A stretch of DNA of 64,000 nt, taken from the NCBI GenBank assembly GCA_027604505.1, contig JADIIX010000062.1, positions 62,001-126,000 of the forward strand. Reading direction: 5' to 3'. Of this stretch, positions 12,901 to 23,769 are shown in pieces. Source of the stretch: Gonapodya sp. JEL0774. Taxonomy: Eukaryota. The notes under the pieces were generated by a model. That model ran no database searches and was not told the DNA's origin. It saw nothing but the letters and a program-made list of their open reading frames with translations. Made by a program: the position numbers and the translations under genes. Numbering within the stretch: position 1 is the stretch's first letter; the number at the start of each line of letters is the position of its first letter.

Positions 12901-15900
12901 ATAAGTACAATAGACACAAGTTTGGAAGGCGGCAATTCTTTGTCCAAGGGATCATGGACAAATATTTCTGCTTCGCTCTCATAGCTTCCCGCAACATCTG
13001 CACGAAAATCAATGGGGATGTAAGAAGTTTCCATTGGCCGAACTTCCGCAGTGCACAGGGGAGCACTAAATGGGTTGTACTTCCTGGATTTATCCGAGAA
13101 TTTGAACTCCCAAATATACCTGTTATTTGAAGAGTTGCACAACAGGATGTATGTCGCCGGACCATCAGACGACCCACTACTTGTACGGGCTTCCACTTTT
13201 CCAAAGTCCATTACCACCTCATTCAATTTGTTTGGCACAGGAAATACCAGTAAGTCCGGTCGATGTTTGGCAATCACTTGCACAGATGTGTGCTGGTGAT
13301 CTTTCTCGGATATCCCAGTCGCAAATCCAATTGTTGTGAGGGTGTCACTCAACTCGGCTGGCTGTAAATATATTACCTCAACTGATTGACCAAACTTCGC
13401 TGGAATAGATTTGATACTAGGCTCCACAACTAAGTTTGGGCTTCCGAAAAACATCATAGGTGCGGACGCAGAATCGGAATTATTGAACACCGTAGCATGC
13501 AGTCTCTGCGATCTCCGAAGATACTCGTCAAGCTGGGCTAGAGCTCCTCCTTTGCTTTGAGGCGGAAGGAAAGTCAATGTGTTCTTCTGAAATTGCACTT
13601 GTGTGGTCTTGTCAGCATTGTCGCCAGAGTTCGGAATCGTGATGTCGAAGATCTCTTCCAACTGAGATCTCGTCACAGGAATCTCCTCAGTAACGCGATG
13701 GGCGTGGGCCATCCAGGATCGAATGAACTCAATGCCGTTCTTATCTCTCAAAACCACGTCATCTGACTGCAGCGCCACAGATTCGTTGCTGTAAGGCTCA
13801 ATGCAAATACCAAACAAACGTAAAGGTTTATTCCCTAAGCCACCAGCAAAAACTCTGTTGTGCGGTGGAAGAAGTTTTATCTTGATGAAAGAGCTAGCGA
13901 GCCCTCTGCGGCCAGCAAAGAAGCTGAATGTCACCGCCAACATCGAGCAACCAGGCAACTGAATTGGATCATTTGCCTGCTGACCACCCACTTGTGCACT
14001 AAAATTGCTCTGGCGGACATCATGCCCCAGGCTTGGAAGTTCAAGGTCCTCAAAAGTGAAGCTCAAGTGATACTTTGAGCAATTGATGATTGTGAGATCC
14101 AAACTCTCGGTCTCCCCAACTCTGCACGGTTTGAAAAATATGTTGTCCCAATAAGGCAAAATAAACGGCTGTCCAACAAAAGCTTTCACGTAAATCTGCA
14201 TTGTCTGAAAGTCTGGACACACGGCCTCAATCCATGTGTCGATAGTGCCCCGAACGCCATGTTTCTCGTCCGTTATAAGTTCCACCTCCAGAGTTACTGC
14301 CATATGCGCGGCAACTTTTAAATGGTTCGTGCAACGTACGGCGGGATGATGCGAGTAGAGACCGATTCCTATTGAACTGTCGGAGAGATTCAAGAAGGTG
14401 ACACAGCGCATTCGAGGGATACTGACTGCGCAAATTCCAAAATCAAGTGTATGAGCCTCTTTCCTAGATACGTAGTCGACAGTACTCGACATGATGTTTC
14501 GCAAAATCGAGCGACCAACGTCGTCCAAAGCAATGTGCGGCTTATCAACTAAAGAGTCTCCTCGATTTAATGTCTTCATCATATGACAGCGCTCCAGCGT
14601 AAGAGCTGCAGCCCCAGCAAGAGAGCTTGTGTCGTCTTCCGGGTAGATTCCAACGGGTATTCCAGCAATACCCTCAAGTATGACACGTGTGACATCCCCG
14701 CCTGGCGCTTCTATCCGTAGCACTTCTCTGAAACGCCCCAAGTGACTTGGTTCAAAAGTAACAAGTATCTGTCGCATTTCATTTGGTTGAAGTCGAGCAT
14801 CTGTAGTTGTTGTGTGGAACGCGAACGGCTGAGTGGACGAATCGTGGACAGTTGATTTAGCTTCAAAGGAATGAGCACTCTCAACCTCCAACACAACGGC
14901 TACGGAAATCGTGACATTGGCTGTGCTGATGTTTTCAACATTAATGTGGCAGTGCTTCCGCCGATCAGGAAGCACCCACCCCGCGTTGATGAACGGGGGA
15001 GAGACTGTTACGTAAGATTGTCTTGTTCCGGACAACTGACAGGTGCCATGCTTGTTTCCAAACTCGTCCATCAGTATGAGCGTTCCCTCGACTCGATCAG
15101 TCTTCAATGCCTCGGGAGAAAAAGTGACCGGTATCTCAATAACCCCTTCTCCCTGAAGCTGAAATCGAGATGTACTACACGAGAACGCATCCGATGGTCG
15201 GACTGTAACAAAGATATCATGCTCTTCGTGATCTCCTCGACTTGTCCGGTACCTGAGAACTGCTGTCTTCGTCACGGGCTTGCGTACGCTTTGGTAATCA
15301 AGCGTCCCAGTTTCCAGGTACACTCGGATGGGCACGTGCTTCGTTAGCAAATCATGGGAGTCACGGAGGAAAGAAACCACATCTTGTGGCTCTTTCATCC
15401 ACTCTGCAGCCTCCTCGGCGAAAGCGGATATGAGCGATTCCGGGGCGACCCGACTCTCCATTGGGTCCTCTGAAAGGGTTTCCATCCCCGAATTCACTTT
15501 TGCACGTCTTCGGATTTTCGATGACACATATGGCCTTGCAGGAGCGGTAAATTTTGCCACTGAGGCAATGAACTCCTCAACCGAAATGGGGACCCCGTGT
15601 ATCCCCGATCCATTATCGGTTCCCGAGATTTGTGTGCTCCCATTTCGATTATCATTCGACACTGTTCTATGTTCGACCAATGAGAAATCTTGAAGTGAAA
15701 GACTCCACTCCTCTTCTTTTCGAAGTCTCTCGAAACGATCCATTGAAGGATTATTCCGGATCATTGATGGAAGAAACATGTTGCCCTTCTGTTGAAGCAA
15801 GGTTGCTGCATCATAGTAAGGTATGCCATCTGTAGTATAACCGGACGGTGGAGGCAACGAATATCCCCTGGGGAGAAAAAATGGCTGGCCATCGTTATCA

Positions 15901-18900
15901 TATCCCGCTAATTGATTTCTTGTTGAATCCTTTGACCATTGAGGCTCAGTGGAATAGAATCGAATACCATCAGTGGTCATTCCTGCAGGAATCGCTTTGA
16001 TGGTTGCCGTCTTTCCATAATACGGTTGGCCGTCGGGTGTATAACCAGCCGGAACTGGTGGAAGAGTTCTTAGTGAAGAAGTGAAAAAGTCTGAATATGA
16101 GTATTTTACAGAACTCGAAAGCATGGGGTCCACTTGCACTCACACAGGCGGCACGAAGTATGGATCTCCGTTGATCGTGACACCTGCTGGGACTGGAACT
16201 ACAGCACCTTGGTTAAACAGTGGCAGTCCTAGCGTTTCAGAATTGCCTGACGATGAGATTACTGGATTGACACTGGTGGCTAACAATGGAGATGGAAGGA
16301 CATTGATGCTCGATGAGAGCATGGACGATCCATGCAAAGACGACAACTTCGACGATAAGGCGATAGAATCTAAGGAGAACGTAAACTATAAGTGAATGCT
16401 CGGTATGGCCAGGCAAATGTCGTCCCACATCAATTACCATCGTCGTAGTCGTCATCAACAATTTCCAGGTTGACCACAGCCCAATCACTCGCACCTTTAC
16501 CAACTATATAGATTGCAAAAGCGGAACCGATCTCGAGGTCTCCGGCGTCCGCTGCATCTTCTTCTCCGCGACTCCGTCGGACTTTCACCGCAGCAACATC
16601 TCTATCAACAGATACTACACGAGACAGGACTCGCTGAAGCCGAGTTCGTCCAGGCTGAAGGACGTCAAATATTACCGGAGCATTTTCTGGGAAGTCAGAA
16701 GGATGCAACAGGGGTTTAAGGAGGCTGTAACATGACAAAGAGGGTTTCCTGATCACCCTAGAATGACAGGCGACGAATCCAACACTCACCCATTCCTACT
16801 GGGCCAAAGCACTGGATTTTTATCTCTCCAAAAGCCTTCAGGCACATCTGGTACTGACTCCCATTTCACCATAACATCAGCGCGGCCGGAACTCTCTCCA
16901 TTGACCCCGATATGTTTCCTCGCCTGGCTACTATAAATTGCAGACGGTCTTGCTGCACCTCTCTCCCATTTGTTGGGGTCAAATCCTTGGAAGGGTGAAG
17001 ATGACAGGAATCCCACAGGGACCTTCTTGGGATCCGAAACGAAGTCTCGGGCTGGAATTCTACTTGTCCCAGGTGGGACTCCTCTCCGGTCTGCAGGAAC
17101 CAGAGCTCTTTCAGCCTCCGCTCCAGGTCCCATTGTACCCGCTGCAGGCAGTGATCCACGCTTAGCAAGGAGGGCTGTGCTGTGTCTGGATGCGACAGCG
17201 ATCGATCCCCGAGATCGTCTTGTCACCGCGCCTTTTGGCAAAAGTGGCTTGGATCCCGTGCGAGAGAGAGGGGACCCATCGGAAGCTTCTTCCACATGAA
17301 CAAGCGGGCCCGGCGCGTGAGTGAAACCAAACGGAATTGATGAGATGAATCCGGCGCGTTCTCTGTACTCGTACAGCGATGTCGGTGGCTTCTGCGTAGC
17401 GGCATAGTTTTGGTCCTTGAGTTAAGTCGTTTTAGAGAACGAAAGAAGTTGACAAAAGAAAGAAAATAATGCGCCCACCATGTAAACAGGTGGCACCGGA
17501 GTCGCGTTCCCCGGAACTCCCGGCACTCCCGGAATCGGTCTTGTGATCCAAACCCTACTTTCCGGATGAATGGGAAGGCGGACGGCCACCCGTGAGGTGT
17601 TTAAGAGTCCCGAGTCGCCTGTCGCGAAAAAACCTGGGAACGGCACTACAGGCTCAAGGGCAGTTGATGTACCAGGTGGGCACAGGAGACGACGGAGTAA
17701 GATGGATCGCATGGTAGCCGTAGATTCCGCCTTTTTGTATTTCTGACATAGGGACACGGTAAGGTTTCTTCAAGTTACCTAACACCAATATCACAGGCAT
17801 AACTCACCTTGACTAACCCCTTTTCCTCTTCTTTCCAGCCCTGCCAAATGTCCTTTCCTCTCCGCGCACTTCTTCCACCTTGAATAACAAGTTCCACTCC
17901 AGCCATTACGCCTTCCAATCCTGATCCCGGAGCCCAGGTTGATACAAATTGCACAGCGAGTGTCTGGAGTGCGGAATGACGAGATCGCATGAGTGGTGCT
18001 ACGTAAGGTTTGAAAAGCGGGTACACTAGTGGTAGGAGGGCTTCGGTCGGCGGAAGCTGGTCGGAAGAGACGGATTTGGGTGTTTCGGCGAAAGTTGTGG
18101 CCATTGTATAACGCAAGCAGCCGACTCACGTCAATGACTAACACTTCCAGCAGAGTCTTAACCATCCGTTCTGTGCCCCCTTTATCTCGATCCTCTCCAC
18201 CCGAAGTGGAAGCATTGGAGGTAGGCGCGACACTATACCGGCGAGCACCCTGTTTTGCCTCCTTGACCTGAACATCCCCTCTCTCAAACTCTCTGTAGGT
18301 CACATAAAGGACTGCTTCGTCTACCTCTGAAAATCTGCCAACCGATGCACGGACGCAAGCACCGAGGGAGCGGAAGAGAACGGTCTTGAGGGCACGGCGG
18401 GAGAAAAACCGAGATGGACCTTCACGAGTTCGATCACGCTCAGAATCTTGAAGCGCCACGAGCACAGAAGAGAGGTCCCGGACACCGCGGAGGCCCAGGG
18501 TGTGGAGTGGCGTGGGAAGGAAGAGTGACGAGATGTGACCGACGAGGTGGGCGGCCAAGAGGCGATTGGAGGGATGGGAGTCGAGTACAAGGAGTCGATT
18601 AAGAATAGCCAGTATCGTCTGAGTGTGCCGGTTGCCAACGACATTGGTCGGGTTTAAGTCGGTACGATAATTGCTCACAATACTCGCCTCCCTCACGCCT
18701 CCTCCCACTCCACCTCCAATAATACCAGCAGACGCTGTCCGTACAGCGCACATGGCGATGTATCGAGCAGCGGGTTCCGCCTGGCCCAGACCCATACACA
18801 AGAGCCGCCAAGCACGCTCGGACAGGGTGACGGGAGAAGTTTGCAGAATGGTCGTATCGGGACCGCTTGACGCCGAGAAGGCGCCTTCATCCGCTTAAGT

Positions 18901-19766
18901 AATAAAAGAGGGGGAGTATTGTTGAGAGCTTGGGTGGACGTGTAAGCAGATTCAAGGATTGTACTCACCAGCCATACCTGCAATCCCTTCGCCAATGTTC
19001 AACAATGCTCTTCCGATACCACTCTTCGGAACAGCATCAAGCCTAAGTCCATCCGGATCTGCATCCCAGGACCCGTTCGGCATTATGCGATGGGTCAAGG
19101 TGGGAAGCCCGGTGTCAGCGAATGGGTCAGTGCTCGAAAGATAGGGAGTCTCAGCCGCGGAAGGAACGGGAGGTTTGGAGTATCGAACGACAAGTTTCCA
19201 TAGTGTTTCGACGGTCTTGCGGAAAGAGGAACGAGACGAGGGGTCCTGGTTGACCAGCTGACGGAAGAACCCCTTGAGCTGGAACCGGTATGAGAAACGA
19301 ACCAGAGACGGGTCGCGAATAACGCAAAATGGTCAAATAAAAGTTGGAGAAGACAATTAAAAGAGAAGAATTCCCCCGCCCGCGGGGCGCTCACAATATT
19401 TTGCTTGAGCAACATCCACCTCCTCATGTTTTTCGGAGACATCCCCGCCCACTCCGCGGGTAGTGAAGCATCTACTTTCCCCTGCGCCGCATTCACCGAT
19501 GCAAGCCAATGTTTTCCCTGGAAATTGTGTGAGCGCAAAACCTGGTCCGCAAGTGATGCCCATGTCCGTGTTGAGAGTCGAATACGGTCGGAGGGAGCTG
19601 GTCCGGAGGAGAGATTTGGAACAGGGAGAAGTTTGGAAGAAAGGCTTAAATTTGAAAATGTAGTCGGGAGTTGCGGCTGCGGTTCTGGTGGATCGGGTTC
19701 GGCAGTAGGAAGGGGAAGAGCGGCGGACAACGCGGGCGTAGAGTCCGCTTGGTCTTGCGGGTCCAT
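3954..19766 (-). CDS. Giant multi-exon protein with an N-terminal HEAT/ARM-like helical region and many ASH (ASPM-SPD2-Hydin)/PapD-like Ig repeats; Hydin/CFAP47/CFAP65-like, probably ciliary
   Basis: Contiguous same-strand exons (ORFs 19095-19766, 17791-18801, 16786-17295, 12825-16139, 10526-12382, 7734-10535, 6992-7261, 5340-5651, 3998-4600 and others). Repeated 'LDFG....L.N.G.....F.V.P..G.L.PG....V.F.P' units. Last exon MVLEERQKI...LKKS* ends at 3954. That the N-terminal part belongs to the same gene is inferred from the absence of intergenic space. Confidence 0.75.
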
Positions 19767-20428
19767 GGCATGAAGATTTCTCTAAGAGCAGGAAACAATC
19801 GAGCCCGTGGATTGCCGGCGACTGACACCCGAATTAATTAAAGTATCAAACTGGTGAATGGGGAATCGAACCTTCTGCACAGGCAGAAGCCAGACCTCGC
19901 CTCTTGTTCTCTTGCGAAACCGTCACCCATTTTCTCTTTCTGTATCCCGTCTCTTCTTTATCTGCAAATCGCATCTCCTCCCCAATGCATCGTTCCGCAC
20001 GACCCAACCAAAACCCGATGACCCAGCAGATCAACATGACGAGCTTAACATGCTCGTCAACCTAACCACGTTTGCGACCGATTGGGCTGACTGACTGAAT
20101 GTATTTAGCCGAACTTCTTTCCTTATCCCAGTGCTCCTGATTTTGTCACGGATTGTCATTGAGACCAATCCTACTCAGAGCTGAGACGGGTGTTGTGGCT
20201 TATTTATTTATGCTGGTACAGTACTGGAATGGCGATAGTCATACATCAAACCACAAAAGTAAACAGCAAAACCAAATGCCTCGTAGCTGTACAAATCAGA
20301 ATTCAGAGAAACACAAATTGCCTATGACCTTCACATTCGCAAACTGTCCCCCCGCTGTGCAAACACATCTGTACCCCCAAGCATCCCCTCGGTCCTGAGT
20401 CCCTCTTCTCCGACCCTCCTACCCTCCT

Positions 20429-23146
20429 CTAGCTCGGTTTCTTTGAAAACCACCCTGAAATGCCCTTCTTCTTCCCCACTTTCAAGTCCTCTTCTTCCAC
20501 CGCACCGCCGCCAATACCGGAGCCAAACCCAACTATCCGCTTCTTCAACTCCGAGCTTCCTGAACCCGCACCAACGCCTGCCGGAATACCGTTGCTCACT
20601 CCTCCGCCGCCATCTACACCACCAACCCCTCCACCATTCCCTTCGTTCCCGCCATCCCCATACCCGGTCCCACTTCCTGCACCACCTCCTCCAAATCCGT
20701 ACAGCAGCACTCTCCTTTGCTCCTCCTCATTCACCCTCCTCATCTCCCTCACCAACAACCCCAATTCGTGCTCGTCCCCCTCGGTCAGCACCTCCGGCTG
20801 GGGTACCCTCCGATCGTGCCTCGGCGCTGGATGCACGACCAAATGCGGATGAAACCGCGTCGCTCGCCCTTGCGCGTGCGGGTGCGGGTCACGACGGTAC
20901 TGGTCCAGATCCCCGTCACGGTTCCGGTCTCGGACCACCAGCGCGGAGTGCCTGGGCATGGCAGTGCGCGGAGGCGGAGTACGCAGAAGGATAGTGCGGG
21001 ACATGCCCAAGGATCGTGGGTCGGCCGGCGCGATGTGTGGGCCCGACGTGGGATGGGGTGATGTTCCCGACCAGGACATGCCGGACCCCGAAGACGCTCT
21101 GCCCGCGCCCGCGGACTCGGGATCCTTTAAAGCCGCAATGTACGATTCCGCCAGCGGCTCCGACACCGACGACGACGATGAATCCTCCCCGCCATCCATC
21201 TCGCCGTCGTCTCCCACGGCCGTTGTAGGTGTGTCCCCTTCAGCGTCCCCAACATCTCCCTCGCTGGTACCCGAGAGAGTCAGTAGGTCGCCCCTTTCAA
21301 TACCTTTACCGGTTCTTGTCGCCCCAGTCACAGCAGCTGCAGCTCGTTCCCTGGCCTGCGCGTATCCCGCCACCCCATCCCCTTGACGCCTGCCGTCCTC
21401 ATCAACTGCCAGCCCGCTTCCTCTCCCGCTCCCATTAATTCCCTCCGTTGACGGAGCCCCCCCGCCAACCACCACCACGCTCCCCGCCCCGGACTCTACC
21501 GATCCCGACCCCGAGGGGGACCCGCGCACCACCACAGATCCAGCGCTGCCCACACGAGACTGAGCTTGCGATGGGAGTGCCGAAGCAGAGACAGACGCGG
21601 AGACCGAGAGGGAAGACGGAACCGCGGCACCACCGCCAACACCACCACCATCACGCTCCCGCTCCCGCTCATCGTGCCATCCACCACCGGGCCCTGCTAC
21701 GGTGGGTGCGGAGTTGTAACGTGCGCCTGTAATGGGGCGGGGCTGGTGGTTTGGGGAGAGGGGGTTCGAGGGTTGAGATTGGGCCTGGGCTGCTTCGGTG
21801 GGGCGGGGTGACGGTTTGGAGTGAAGTGCAGTTGGCGAATGAGATTGCGTGGTCGAGGATGTAGATATGGCGTGGGAGATGGAACTGGGGGAGGGGAGAC
21901 GAGGTGGTGGGGGTTGGGGTGCAAGAGTTGTCGGCGTGGAAGTCGGTGTAGGAGTAGTGGCTGGAGGATGGGAGGTAGGCCGCGGATTGTACCTGAACAC
22001 ACTTTTCCACTTGGGTAAGGGTACGGGAACAGGGCCCGGAGTCGGGGTGGGAGACAAGCCCGGCATCGATGTCGAAGTGGGCGTGGAGGGAGACGGAGGC
22101 GGGTGGTCTGACGAGGTCGACGAAGTCGTTCCCGTGCTGGACCGGCCTGGAGCTCCGCCACCAAATCCGAGGGGCACTTGGACACCGTTGGGGAGTTGGG
22201 CGATGACTTTCACGGGGTTGGTCGTAGAGGGGTTGGACGTGGATATGGCGGAGAGGGACACGGAGCCAAGGCTCGAGCCAGATCCCGAGTTGGACCAGCG
22301 ATGCGACGTGGGAGTCGTGGCACTCGCACGGCGGGGTCCAGTGGGTCCGCCGGTGGTGATACTTAAGCCAACGTTGTTGGAGCCGCCATGGGTCCCAGGC
22401 GAGTCCTGATCAGAGTCGGAGACAGAGGTCCATACGGGAGAGTAGGAGCGAGGACGGCTGCTGTACTGGAACTGCGGCTGGTGGTGTTGGTGGTGTTGAT
22501 TTTGGGGAGTGGAACGGCCCGACGCGGACACGAAGACGAACCCGGCGCCGGCTGTGGAGCCTGAGATGGACAGGGAACCCGATCTAACATCACCGTCAGA
22601 GTCTGATCTGGGTCTGGTGCGGGATTTAAGGTCGCGATTGGAGCTTTTGGGAGGCGGAGCAGGAGCGGTGGAGGGTGTGGGAGGCAGGGGGTTGGAGGAG
22701 TAAGGGGTGGCAGGAAGCAGGTCAGCGGTGGTGAGCGGCCATATGGGGATGCCGTCAGGGAGGAACGCGGGCGGCTCGTGGTGTGGATGGAGGGGGAGCG
22801 CTGCTTGCTGTGGCTGCGTGTGGCGGGTGGGAGACGGAGGCGAGGAGTTGTAGGGCGGAGGCGGGGACGCAGGGTAAGCAGGGTAGGCAGGGTAGGCAGA
22901 TTGTGAGGAGTACGCTGGCTGCGAAGTGTGTGCGGCGTGTGCGGGGTCTGGCTGTGTCCGGGTGTGGGTGGTGCGCGGTGTCCGCGCGGTGTCGTGGGCA
23001 ACCGCCAAGTTTACACCCGTTGAAGCAGCATGCGAGTGAAGTGTGTGTGCGGCCCGCTGTGCTGCGTTCCCTGCTTCACCCGCGTCTGCTGCCACGCCCA
23101 CCATAGTCGACTCGCGCAAATTTAGCGCGCCCATCACGCCGTCCAT
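20429..23146 (-). CDS. Hypothetical Pro/Ser/Gly-rich intrinsically disordered protein (905 aa)
   Basis: Single long ATG-initiated ORF of low complexity. It contains a PPPPY (PPxY) motif and a basic C-terminus (KKKGISGWFSKKPS). Confidence 0.65.
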   Translation of the reverse strand: MDGVMGALNLRESTMVGVAADAGEAGNAAQRAAHTLHSHAASTGVNLAVAHDTARTPRTTHTRTQPDPAHAAHTSQPAYSSQSAYPAYPAYPASPPPPYNSSPPSPTRHTQPQQAALPLHPHHEPPAFLPDGIPIWPLTTADLLPATPYSSNPLPPTPSTAPAPPPKSSNRDLKSRTRPRSDSDGDVRSGSLSISGSTAGAGFVFVSASGRSTPQNQHHQHHQPQFQYSSRPRSYSPVWTSVSDSDQDSPGTHGGSNNVGLSITTGGPTGPRRASATTPTSHRWSNSGSGSSLGSVSLSAISTSNPSTTNPVKVIAQLPNGVQVPLGFGGGAPGRSSTGTTSSTSSDHPPPSPSTPTSTSMPGLSPTPTPGPVPVPLPKWKSVFRYNPRPTSHPPATTPTPTSTPTTLAPQPPPPRLPSPSSISHAISTSSTTQSHSPTALHSKPSPRPTEAAQAQSQPSNPLSPNHQPRPITGARYNSAPTVAGPGGGWHDERERERDGGGVGGGAAVPSSLSVSASVSASALPSQAQSRVGSAGSVVVRGSPSGSGSVESGAGSVVVVGGGAPSTEGINGSGRGSGLAVDEDGRRQGDGVAGYAQARERAAAAVTGATRTGKGIERGDLLTLSGTSEGDVGDAEGDTPTTAVGDDGEMDGGEDSSSSSVSEPLAESYIAALKDPESAGAGRASSGSGMSWSGTSPHPTSGPHIAPADPRSLGMSRTILLRTPPPRTAMPRHSALVVRDRNRDGDLDQYRRDPHPHAQGRATRFHPHLVVHPAPRHDRRVPQPEVLTEGDEHELGLLVREMRRVNEEEQRRVLLYGFGGGGAGSGTGYGDGGNEGNGGGVGGVDGGGGVSNGIPAGVGAGSGSSELKKRIVGFGSGIGGGAVEEEDLKVGKKKGISGWFSKKPS

Positions 23147-23769
23147 TCCCGCCGCGTCCCGCCTCAGCGATCGTCCTGTTTCCGCACGCTCGCAATCTTC
23201 AAAGCTGCGTTTCCCTCCTTCTCCTCCGTTATACTTGCTCTCCCCTCGTTCGTTAGGTTTTCCCGAACCTCACCATGCAACCACATAATACAATTATCCA
23301 CAAAATAATAACAAAAACTCATATAAACCACATGAAGCATACCCGTAATGATACCTTAGACTATATGTAGCCTACAGCAGTCCTACAACCTGCAGATTTT
23401 GGGACCAATTTGACCAAGTGAACTGTTCCTTTCATCGCACTCATTCACTTCGAAGACTAGAATATGTAAGAAAATGCGCCAAGTCGACGAGTCCAATAAT
23501 TACGACCGTTGACGATAACTGAAAACGCAGGCCCTGACCCTCCCTGATGACGAACCGGGCCTAAAAGACGAAGCACTGACAACTGTCCTTCGCTTCCCTC
23601 ACACCCCAAATCCGTCTCACCACATCTCGATTATCGCACCAGCACAGTCTGCCAAACACCACTGACAGGGATCCTCTAGAAGAGGACCCCGCAAATCACT
23701 GCTTTGTCCTTCAACCGAACCAACACTGCACCAAACCCACACCTCTCTTCCTCTCTACCAACCCCACAA

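Noticed and set aside
20443..23288. Many overlapping plus-strand and alternate-frame ORFs
   Set aside because: These are shadow ORFs of GC-rich low-complexity coding sequence on the opposite strand.
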